Shown here: one piece after another, positions 20,928 to 29,297 of the stretch
Numbering within the stretch: the stretch's first letter is position 1
Layout: every line of letters starts with the position of its first letter
Origin: Candidatus Calescibacterium sp.
Lineage (GTDB): Bacteria > Calescibacteriota > Calescibacteriia > Calescibacteriales > Calescibacteriaceae
Length of the DNA: 53,531 nucleotides
Direction of reading: 5' to 3'
Assembly (NCBI GenBank): GCA_032249135.1
Contig: JAVVGL010000015.1
Location: forward strand, 1 to 53,531
Notes under the pieces: generated by a model
Databases searched by the model: none
The model's input: only the letters and a program-made list of their open reading frames with translations
What the model was told of the DNA's origin: nothing
Translations under genes and position numbers: made by a program

Positions 20928-21539
20928 ATGCTCTATATAATGAGTTTACTGAGTGATTCATCTAGTCCGCTTGATATAAATTCGAGGCTTTTTGAACGAA
21001 AAATAAAATTTTTGCATGTTTTTTCTTTTGCTCGGAACTGCGTAAGTGTAGGAAGAAATGTAAAAATAATAGGTGAGGATTTAAATATACCGGTTTTCAG
21101 GAGAAGAACAGGGGGAGGAGCTGTCTTTCATGGTGAAATGAAGGATTTATGTTTTGCCTTTACTTTTGAATCTCAAAGGGGAATGAAGGATATTTTTTCT
21201 TGTGTGGGGAATATTGTTGGTGAATTTATTTTAAATGAGTTCAAATTACCTGCGGTTGAAGTTAAAGAAAATGGAGATGTCATTTTTAACAAGATTAAAA
21301 TAGCTGGAATATCTTCTGCAAGATCTGGGAAATTTTTTTTATTTGAAGGGTGCATTTTAATTTTACGGGATTGGAAAAATTTGGAAATGAAAAATTTGGA
21401 GATTCCACATTTTTTTGATGGGAAATTTTCAAGTTTTTGTTTTAATTTTTGGGGACAAAAAATGGAAAATTTGGAAAATTTTTGCAAAGTTTCTTTTTCT
21501 CTTTTTTCTTTTCTTAAACAGAAAATCGCTTCATTATAG
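20928..21539 (+). CDS. Lipoate-protein ligase / octanoyltransferase-like catalytic domain
   Basis: RRRTGGGAVFH and GDVIFNKIKIAG motifs; shorter than usual. Confidence 0.8.
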   Translation: MLYIMSLLSDSSSPLDINSRLFERKIKFLHVFSFARNCVSVGRNVKIIGEDLNIPVFRRRTGGGAVFHGEMKDLCFAFTFESQRGMKDIFSCVGNIVGEFILNEFKLPAVEVKENGDVIFNKIKIAGISSARSGKFFLFEGCILILRDWKNLEMKNLEIPHFFDGKFSSFCFNFWGQKMENLENFCKVSFSLFSFLKQKIASL

Positions 21540-21788
21540 GAGTTTTGTAGAAAAGAATTAAAATTCAATTCAAAATTTTTCTTTTTTTCTATTTTTATTT
21601 TTGATCGTTTTTTATTATTTCTGAAAATTTTGTTTTTCTCATTTTATAATGGAAAATGTTATAATTTATAATGTGAAAGAAATAACAGATAATGCATTTG
21701 ATATAATTATTTTATGAAAAAATTTTTGCAAAATTTACACCTTTTTGCAAAAATGATTAATAAAATAATTATAATTATATTATAAATT

Positions 21789-22934
21789 ATGGAAGAAAAA
21801 GTTGAGAGAGAGAAAATTAGAATAGACAACAAAAGTGGGCTTATAATTGTTGATGTTCAAAAAGACTTTACTCCCGGGGGAGCACTTGCCGTTCCAGAAG
21901 GAGATAAGATAATTCCAACAATAAACAAATATATTGAGGAATTTAAAAAAGCAGGGGGAAAAGTGTTTGCAACACGAGATTGGCACCCTGAAAACCACAT
22001 ATCTTTTAAAGAAAGAGGAGGACCATGGCCACCTCACTGTGTTCAAAATACTGAAGGGGCGGAGTTCCATCCCGATCTGAAACTCCCAGAAGATGTTGAA
22101 GTGGTTTCAAAAGCGTATGAACCAGATAAAGAGGCTTATTCAGGATTTGACGGAACTGACCTTGAAGAAAGATTAAGAAGGTATGGTATAGAGAAAGTGT
22201 TTGTTTGTGGGCTTGCAACAGATTATTGTGTTAAAAATACAGTCCTTGATGCTGTTTCAAGAGGCTTTGAAACATTTTTACTCACTGATGCTATAAAGGG
22301 AATTGATGTGAATCCCGGGGATTCTGAAAGAGCAATAGAGGAGATGAAGCAAAAAGGAGCTAAACTTTTAAACCTTGACGACCTTGAAAGAGTTGGGGTT
22401 AGGGAAGAATTGGAGAGAAAAGTTGAGGAAATAAAGAAGTTAGCAGAAGAAAAAGCAGGAGAAATATCTGCTCAGGTTGCTCAGAAAGTTGAGGAAGCAA
22501 AAAAGAGGATAAAAAAGGTAGTTGAAAAGGAGAAAAAGGAGTTAAGGAAGTCTATTAGGAAAGCTGCGAAAGAAGTGAGAAAATCAATCGGGAAGACTGC
22601 GAAAGAATTAAGAAAGACGGCGAAGAAGGCAGAGCGTGAAATAAAAGGTAAGGTAAGGAAGGCGGTGGAGAGCGTTGCAAAAGTAGTAAGCGAAGCTGCT
22701 AGCAGGTTGAAAGTAGGTAAGATGAAATTACAAAAAAAGAGATTACAAGAAAAACCACAAAAAGTAGCGAAGGAAGGAAAGGAGGAGAAGAAGAAAGTTT
22801 TACCCGGGAGAAGCATCTCCCGGGCGATAAAAAAAGGGAAAGGAGGTGGAAAGGCTATGGCTACAAAGAAAACAGCAAAACCAAAAGCCAAAAAAACAAC
22901 AACAGCAAAAAAAACATCAACAAAGAAAAAATAA
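21789..22934 (+). CDS. pncA: Nicotinamidase/pyrazinamidase with a long Lys/Glu/Ala-rich C-terminal extension
   Basis: VDVQKDF.PGGALAV, DWHP, WPPHCVQ, YSGF, GLATDYCV in the first ~195 aa, then ~185 aa of coiled-coil and basic tail. Confidence 0.93.
   Translation: MEEKVEREKIRIDNKSGLIIVDVQKDFTPGGALAVPEGDKIIPTINKYIEEFKKAGGKVFATRDWHPENHISFKERGGPWPPHCVQNTEGAEFHPDLKLPEDVEVVSKAYEPDKEAYSGFDGTDLEERLRRYGIEKVFVCGLATDYCVKNTVLDAVSRGFETFLLTDAIKGIDVNPGDSERAIEEMKQKGAKLLNLDDLERVGVREELERKVEEIKKLAEEKAGEISAQVAQKVEEAKKRIKKVVEKEKKELRKSIRKAAKEVRKSIGKTAKELRKTAKKAEREIKGKVRKAVESVAKVVSEAASRLKVGKMKLQKKRLQEKPQKVAKEGKEEKKKVLPGRSISRAIKKGKGGGKAMATKKTAKPKAKKTTTAKKTSTKKK
22857..22934 (+). CDS. Possible independently translated 25-aa basic peptide MATKKTAKPKAKKTTTAKKTSTKKK (in frame with pncA)
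   Basis: AGGAGGT at 22841-22847, 9 nt before ATG 22857. Confidence 0.5.
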   Translation: MATKKTAKPKAKKTTTAKKTSTKKK

Positions 22935-22944
22935 ATAAAAAAAT

Positions 22945-23006
22945 AAGGGGGAGTTAAAATCTCACCCGGGAAAAATACCCGGGTTTAGGGGAAACTCCCC
23001 CTTTTT
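22945..23006 (+). terminator. Nested stem-loop / intrinsic terminator after pncA
   Basis: AAGGGGGAGTT (22945-55) pairs with AACTCCCCCTT (22993-23003); inner ACCCGGG/CCCGGGT stem; T-run follows. Confidence 0.75.
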
Positions 23007-23185
23007 ATATTTTAATAATTTCTTGGAAGATGTAGGAATTTTCCTTTTCTTTTAAGTTTTATCATTTAGATTAACAGCGATTTTCCTTTCAGGAGAGAAT
23101 TTACAAAACTCTTTTTAACCTATGTATACACTAAATTTATAGCTTTTTGGTAAAGTTTAGAGGGATAATATAATAAATAAACTTT

Positions 23186-25528
23186 ATGAGGGTACCTCTG
23201 AATTGGTTGCGTGATTTTGTAGATTTAAGTGATCTGTCTCCCGATTTTATTGCAGAAAAACTAATTATGAGAGGAATAGAAGTTGAATCTTGGTCCAAAG
23301 TTGCTAATTTTGCAGAACAATATAAAATAGTTGAAGTTATTGATATAAAACATGTGGAGGGAGTAAGGTTACCCGTATGTACGATATATGATGGCCAATC
23401 AAAATATCAGGTTGTATCTGGGGCTCCAAACATAAAAAAAGGAAAATTTGTATATGCTCCTCCCGGAAGCAAGGTTATAAAAAATGGTGAGATTATAGAG
23501 TTAGGCATAAAAAAAATAAAGAACGTAGAATCTTTTGGAATGCTGTTATCTCCTGCCGAAATAGGATTTCCCGGGGGAGAAGAAGATAGGTTACTTGAAG
23601 TTAATGAGGAAGTGGAGATCGGTGAGAATTTTGGAAAAGTTTTTGATCTTCCAGATATTGTTTTTGATTTGTCAATAACTCCGCAAAGAGGTGATCTTCT
23701 ATCTATCTTTGGAGTTGCATCCGAGCTTTCCGCTATTTTCAAAAGAGAGATGAAGAAAATTTTTCCTGAAGAAGTTTTTTATGATATTCATCAAACTTTG
23801 GATTTTTTTGAAAGGGAACTTAAAGGAATTCCAAGAAAAGGTTTTCAGTTAAAAGTTGAGAGTGAAAGATGTCCTTTATATATCGGTATTTTATTTTCAG
23901 GTGATCTAAAAAGTAGGATTTCTCCCCCCAAAGTAGTTTCACGCCTTTATCTTTGTGGAGCTCGTCCTCTGAATCCAATAGTAGATATAACTAACTACAT
24001 TATGTTTGAATTTGGGCAACCAACTCATGCTTTTGATTTTGATAAGATAAAAGATGGAATTGTTGTGAGGTTAGCAAAAGATGGAGAGAATTTACTATGT
24101 CTTGACGGAAAAAAGAGAACTCTTTCGCAAGATGATTTGATTATTGCAGATTTTGAAAAGCCGGTGGCGATAGCGGGTGCTGTTGGTGGTGAAAACACAG
24201 CAATTGATGATAAAACTCAAAATGTCCTTTTAGAAAGTGCTTTCTTTTTGCCTTCTTCTGTGAGGAGAACTTCAAAACGACACAATATAGAGACAGAATC
24301 AGCTTACCGTTTTGCAAGAAGGGTTTCTCCGCATTTTGTTTTGTTAGCTCCTTTGAAAATAAGAGAATTATTTCAAAATTTAGGATTATATCCGCAGGGT
24401 TTTGATTTATTTGCAAATCTTGATTATTTTGGGCAGACAAGAATTGAGTTTGATACAGATTTTGTAAATGATTATGCCGGAACAAATTTGAAAGAAGATG
24501 AAATTCTTGAAGCTATAAAATCGCTTGGAATAAAAGTAGAAAGAAAGGTAGGAACGAAAATTTTATGTATTCCTCCGCTCTCTCGTGGAGATTTGAAGAT
24601 AAAAGAAGATATAGTTGAAGAAGTCCTGAGATTTTATGGATATGAAACTATTCCTTCATCTTTCCCGTATATTCCTTCGTTTTTTGTTGAAAGTTTTGAT
24701 GATGTCAAAAAAAGGATTTTGAAAGAAAGAATAAAAGATTTTTTTGTCTCTATTGGTTTTTCGGAGGTGAAAACTTATCCGTTTTCTCATGCAGGAGCTT
24801 TAAAAATAAAAAATCCAATAGATAAAAATTTACCTTATCTTTCTCCAAATCTCAGAGAGAAAATTTTAGAGGTTATACTAAACAACCTGAAAAAGGGTTG
24901 GGAAAATGTTAGGGTTTTTGAAATAGATAAGGTATTTCCAGAGGAAGAAAAAGAATCTTTGTGTTTTGGGGCGGCGGGTAAAGCATATCCTGAACTATGG
25001 AATTCAGAAAAAAGAAAAATAGATATATTTGACATAAAGGGTATAGTAGAGACTTTATTTCAAGATGATGTTTCTTTTCTGCCGAAAAAATCAGATGATA
25101 TTCTTTCTTATTCATTCTCAATATTACATAAAGAAAAAGAAGTTGGAATTATCGGAGCGTTTTTGGAGAAAAAATTGGGTTATGAAATTTTTATCTGTGA
25201 GATTGATTTTGATTCTTTAAGCTATGAAAACTTTTTTGATCTGAAAACAGGTAGTTTTTATTCTGATTTACCACTACTTCAAAGAGATGTATCTTTTTTT
25301 GTTCCAGAAGGTATGAGTTGGTCTGATATAAAGCAGGCTTTTTTTGTTGAAAATGTAGTTGATGCTTTCGTTTTTGATGTGTGGCAAGAGGAGAAGAAAA
25401 AAAGTTATGCTGTGAGATTTATCATAAGGCAACCTAAACTTCTAAACTCTGATGAGGTAAATATTATAATTGAGAAGATAATTTCTAATTTGAGAAATCT
25501 TGGTATTGAAGTAAGAGCTGCAAAATAA
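23186..25528 (+). CDS. pheT: Phenylalanine--tRNA ligase beta subunit
   Basis: MRVPLNWLRDFV, GAPN, ITPQRGDLLS, VDITNY..GQPTHAFD, EDIVEEVLRFYGY, RDVSF. Confidence 0.96.
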   Translation: MRVPLNWLRDFVDLSDLSPDFIAEKLIMRGIEVESWSKVANFAEQYKIVEVIDIKHVEGVRLPVCTIYDGQSKYQVVSGAPNIKKGKFVYAPPGSKVIKNGEIIELGIKKIKNVESFGMLLSPAEIGFPGGEEDRLLEVNEEVEIGENFGKVFDLPDIVFDLSITPQRGDLLSIFGVASELSAIFKREMKKIFPEEVFYDIHQTLDFFERELKGIPRKGFQLKVESERCPLYIGILFSGDLKSRISPPKVVSRLYLCGARPLNPIVDITNYIMFEFGQPTHAFDFDKIKDGIVVRLAKDGENLLCLDGKKRTLSQDDLIIADFEKPVAIAGAVGGENTAIDDKTQNVLLESAFFLPSSVRRTSKRHNIETESAYRFARRVSPHFVLLAPLKIRELFQNLGLYPQGFDLFANLDYFGQTRIEFDTDFVNDYAGTNLKEDEILEAIKSLGIKVERKVGTKILCIPPLSRGDLKIKEDIVEEVLRFYGYETIPSSFPYIPSFFVESFDDVKKRILKERIKDFFVSIGFSEVKTYPFSHAGALKIKNPIDKNLPYLSPNLREKILEVILNNLKKGWENVRVFEIDKVFPEEEKESLCFGAAGKAYPELWNSEKRKIDIFDIKGIVETLFQDDVSFLPKKSDDILSYSFSILHKEKEVGIIGAFLEKKLGYEIFICEIDFDSLSYENFFDLKTGSFYSDLPLLQRDVSFFVPEGMSWSDIKQAFFVENVVDAFVFDVWQEEKKKSYAVRFIIRQPKLLNSDEVNIIIEKIISNLRNLGIEVRAAK

Positions 25529-25608
25529 AAAGAAATCTTTCAAATGAAAGCTAACCTTTCAAAAAACACAAAAATTTTTATGAGAGGATAAATTAAATTT
25601 TAGAAAAT

Positions 25609-26592
25609 ATGAAACAGAGTATAGCTATAACTGGAATAAGGGAGTTTTTGGGTGCTAATCTTCTCATAAGGTTGCAGAACATACCGGATGTGAAACTTAC
25701 TTTAATAGAGAGGTTTAAACCAAGTTTTGTAAATGATAATGTCGCTTTTTATAGAATAGATTTGACTGATCCGCGAGCTGATATCAAGATTTATGAAGCT
25801 CTTGAAAGGGAAAATGTAGATACATTTATTCATCTTGCATTTTTTGAAAGTCATGTTCCTTTTAATTATTCGTATGCTCACGAGGTCCAAGTTATAGGAA
25901 CTTGGTATATTCTGAACGCTTGCGCTAAAAAAAAGATAAGGAAATTCATTTTATCTTCAACAACAGAGGTTTATGGAGCAGATCCGATGAATCCAAATCT
26001 CATAAAGGAGGATGCTCCCTTGCGTATAAGACCTGATTACAAATATATCAAAGATAGAGTTGAGGCTGAGGAGCTAGTCAAAAAATTTGCGAAGAAAAAT
26101 CCTAATACAAAAGTTTTCATTCTGAGAAAGTGTCCTGCTCTTGGTGATAAAGTAAAAAATTTCATGACATGGTATCTTTCAGGAGCTATTATATGTTCTG
26201 TTTTGGGGTTTGATCCTATGATGCAATTTATACATCAGGAGGATTTGATTGAGTCTCATCTTAAAGTTGCTCTTTTAGACGAAGCACCGGGAGGAATATA
26301 TAATATAGCTGGGAGGGGAGCCTTACCACTTTCTTACATAACAAGACTTATGGGGAAAATAAATATTCCACTCATTTACTCTTTTGCTTATTTATTGTTT
26401 TATATTTTGCGAGCTGCTCGTATTGCTCCTTTTCCTCCTCAACATATAGATTACATAAGATTTACATTTGTTGCTGATGGAACAAAAGCAAAGGAGAACT
26501 TGGGATTTATACCTAAATACTCAACGAAAGAAGTGGTAGAAGAATTCGCAGGATATGTGAAACTCAAAAAAGCAAGAATAAAGCAAGATTAA
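25609..26592 (+). CDS. NAD-dependent epimerase/dehydratase family protein
   Basis: IAITG..FLG, IHLAF, SSTTEVYGA, GFDPMMQFIHQED. Confidence 0.88.
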   Translation: MKQSIAITGIREFLGANLLIRLQNIPDVKLTLIERFKPSFVNDNVAFYRIDLTDPRADIKIYEALERENVDTFIHLAFFESHVPFNYSYAHEVQVIGTWYILNACAKKKIRKFILSSTTEVYGADPMNPNLIKEDAPLRIRPDYKYIKDRVEAEELVKKFAKKNPNTKVFILRKCPALGDKVKNFMTWYLSGAIICSVLGFDPMMQFIHQEDLIESHLKVALLDEAPGGIYNIAGRGALPLSYITRLMGKINIPLIYSFAYLLFYILRAARIAPFPPQHIDYIRFTFVADGTKAKENLGFIPKYSTKEVVEEFAGYVKLKKARIKQD

Positions 26593-27023
26593 TCGGATTT
26601 TTGGCTTGATGATTCTATCTTTTCAAATATTTTTTCAATTTTTTCTTTGTCTATTTTTCTTGAGCCAGATAGCATACAGCTACAAATTCCTTTTTCTTCG
26701 TTTATTTTTTCTGCATTTTTGTTTAGCTTCCTCAAAATTGGGTAGATTACATAAGCAGAATAAGATAATGGACCAAAATTTCTGTTTTTCATGAGTTTGA
26801 AAACTGCTTCTTCTCCCCAGAATAACCCGTCATCATCTAAAAGATATAGGGCAAAGGGAAATTTTTCTCCACCAAATATATCTGAAAGTATCTCATAACT
26901 TTCTTGTATCGGAAAAGTTATTATACCGAGTTTCCGGAAAAATTCCGCTGCTCTTTTGCAAAAGTTACAGCTTGAATCATATATGATGATTTCTTTTCTA
27001 CTATTTTTCATCTTTTGTTGCAA
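26589..27023 (-). CDS. DCC1-like thiol-disulfide oxidoreductase family protein
   Basis: IIIYDSSCNFC (DxxCxxC) motif. Confidence 0.8.
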   Translation of the reverse strand: MQQKMKNSRKEIIIYDSSCNFCKRAAEFFRKLGIITFPIQESYEILSDIFGGEKFPFALYLLDDDGLFWGEEAVFKLMKNRNFGPLSYSAYVIYPILRKLNKNAEKINEEKGICSCMLSGSRKIDKEKIEKIFEKIESSSQKSD

Positions 27024-27058
27024 TAATTACAATATATATATAAGTAAGATTAAAGAGA

Positions 27059-27436
27059 ATGGCAGTTATTCAAAAAGAGATAGAGCTTGAAGGGACAAGA
27101 GGTAAGAAAAAGGTAATAGCTTTATTTGATAGTGGTGCAACTTATTCTTGTATAACACCTCAACTGGCACAAGAGTTGGAACCAGTTTTACCTTTGCCGA
27201 AACCTTTGGAGTTTGAAACGGCAAAAAACGGCGAAAAGGTCGTAGCAAGGGGATATGTGAGACTTAACTTTTATATTGAAGGATATAGGTTTTCAGATGA
27301 ATTTATGGTTATAGAGAATTTATCTGAGCCGGTAATTATTGGAGCAGCGACATTACAAAAATGGAGGATGAAGTTAGATTTTGAAAACGACACAGTAATT
27401 ATTGACCCAAGAACGACAAAATTGAGGCTTATATAA
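27059..27436 (+). CDS. Retropepsin-like (clan AA) aspartyl protease
   Basis: ALFDSGATYS catalytic motif and IIGA..LQ second motif. Confidence 0.88.
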   Translation: MAVIQKEIELEGTRGKKKVIALFDSGATYSCITPQLAQELEPVLPLPKPLEFETAKNGEKVVARGYVRLNFYIEGYRFSDEFMVIENLSEPVIIGAATLQKWRMKLDFENDTVIIDPRTTKLRLI

Positions 27437-27452
27437 TTGAAACTCATATAAA

Positions 27453-28445
27453 TCACGTAAAGAATGATTTGAAGCTTTCTAAGATTTTTCTTATACTTAG
27501 TGATGTCAAAACAGAAAGAGCAGGAACAATTGTCCAGAACAATATTATTGTTATTATGAATTTGTTTTCTATTGCTTTTTTGCCTTTGCGAGCAAACTCT
27601 ATTCCCATCATGCCTGATGTTATGGTTTGATTTATTGAAACTGGTATCCCCAAGATTGATGCAATAATTAAGAATGTTCCTTCAACAAATTGTAAAAATG
27701 CGGCTCGTAAAAGTCCAAGATTTGTTATTTTTGTTCCCACAGTTTTTATTATGTTTTTTGAAAATATCAATCCACCTAATGCCATAAATAATCCAGCAAA
27801 AAATAGGCTTTCTTTTATTCCAGTTATTTTGTATGCAGAAACTATTCCGAAAGAGTTTGCTGCATTGTTTGTTCCTGCGGAGAATGAGAAATATACGCCC
27901 ATCCCTACTGTGAAGGTTTTTATGATAAAAACTATCTTGGTGTTCTCTCTTATTTTTGAAAGGAGATCTACGATTTTCAGATAAATCAACTTCTCAAATA
28001 GATAAGCTATTACAAAAATAACAAAAGGCGTTGTTATCCACCATATGACTATTTGAAGAAATTTTTCTGTGTTCAAAGATTTCTCATATATCCCAATTCC
28101 TACAACGGATAGAACTACGATTTCAGTTGTTGATATGGGAACATGAAGGGAGTTTGCCAATATTAAAAATAGGATTGAGTTTATGTAAAAGGTGAAGGCA
28201 TTTATTTTTGTGTCAAATGTCCCCTCAGATACTATACCTTTTGATATTGTTTTGAGAACATTTGAACCTAAAAAGTATGCTCCTAAAAATATTGCAGCAC
28301 TACCTAAAATTATAAGATATTTTCTTCTCATTACCCTTGCGGAATACGAGGGGCTCATAGCTACTGATATGTTAGATGTACCTATTGATGCTGCAAGAGC
28401 ACAAGCTAAGCAGAATATCAATATATTTTCTATACTCAACAGCAT
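27453..28445 (-). CDS. PiT-family inorganic phosphate/anion transporter
   Basis: About 10 TM segments; GTSNIS / GTNNAANS repeats and PISTTE / PVSINQ motifs. Confidence 0.88.
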   Translation of the reverse strand: MLLSIENILIFCLACALAASIGTSNISVAMSPSYSARVMRRKYLIILGSAAIFLGAYFLGSNVLKTISKGIVSEGTFDTKINAFTFYINSILFLILANSLHVPISTTEIVVLSVVGIGIYEKSLNTEKFLQIVIWWITTPFVIFVIAYLFEKLIYLKIVDLLSKIRENTKIVFIIKTFTVGMGVYFSFSAGTNNAANSFGIVSAYKITGIKESLFFAGLFMALGGLIFSKNIIKTVGTKITNLGLLRAAFLQFVEGTFLIIASILGIPVSINQTITSGMMGIEFARKGKKAIENKFIITIILFWTIVPALSVLTSLSIRKILESFKSFFT

Positions 28446-28638
28446 TTTATATCCGCCATCTTCTCTTATTTTTTGTGTTGTATTTTAACACAAAAATTAT
28501 TTTTTTTAAAGCAAAAATTGTTCCTTAAAACAAAGTGTTGTTTTAGGTTTCAGCTTGTTATATTTTTCTATTTTCTTCTGAAACTTCCTGAAACTTGGAA
28601 AGCAAATAAAAATCAAGATAAAAAACTTTCTTGATTTT

Positions 28639-29259
28639 ATGGATAAAACCCGATTAATAATTTATCTTACGGGTGGTATAGCTACGGGAAAATCTACGGT
28701 TGCAAAAATGTTTTCTGAACTTGGAGCTTATGTAATAGATGCAGATAAAATAGCTCACAAGGTTATGATGAAAGGAACACAAGCTTATAACAAAATAGTT
28801 GAAATTTTTGGGAAAGATATATTAGATGAAACCGGTGAGATAGACAGAAAAAAATTGGGAAAAATAGTTTTCAAAGATAAAAGCCTTCTTGCAAAGCTTG
28901 AAGAAATAACTCATCCGGAAGTTTTATCTTATATGGCTCGGGAGTTAGCTGATTTGAAATCTGATATAGTTGTTATTGAGATACCATTAATATTTGAGAA
29001 AAGGCTTGATTTGCATCCTACTGTGCTCGTTTATGCTCCACGCCATATCCAGAAAAAAAGACTGATTGAAAGAGATAATATTTCGGAGGAAGAAGCGGAA
29101 ATGAGAATTTCTGCTCAAATGGATATAGAAGAGAAAAAGAAACTCGCAGATTATGTCATAGATAACTCAGGTCCAATTGAAGATACAAAAAGGCAAGTCA
29201 AAGAAATCCTTGAAAGAATAATAGTTAGTATGCATCAGCAAAAAGAAAAACCTGGTTGA
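28639..29259 (+). CDS. coaE: Dephospho-CoA kinase
   Basis: LTGGIATGKSTV, DADKIAH, IDRKKLG, THP, EIPLIFE. Confidence 0.96.
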   Translation: MDKTRLIIYLTGGIATGKSTVAKMFSELGAYVIDADKIAHKVMMKGTQAYNKIVEIFGKDILDETGEIDRKKLGKIVFKDKSLLAKLEEITHPEVLSYMARELADLKSDIVVIEIPLIFEKRLDLHPTVLVYAPRHIQKKRLIERDNISEEEAEMRISAQMDIEEKKKLADYVIDNSGPIEDTKRQVKEILERIIVSMHQQKEKPG

Positions 29260-29297
29260 GAATTCAAAAAAATTTTTTCGTAATTAAAATAGATTTT

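Noticed and set aside
26331-26358. dif-like 11-6-11 sequence (minus strand TTTCCCCATAA-GTCTTG-TTATGTAAGAA)
   Set aside because: It resembles XerC/XerD arms but lies inside the epimerase CDS, has an atypical spacer and is ~7 kb from the apparent skew switch. Probably chance, though a dif scan should include it.
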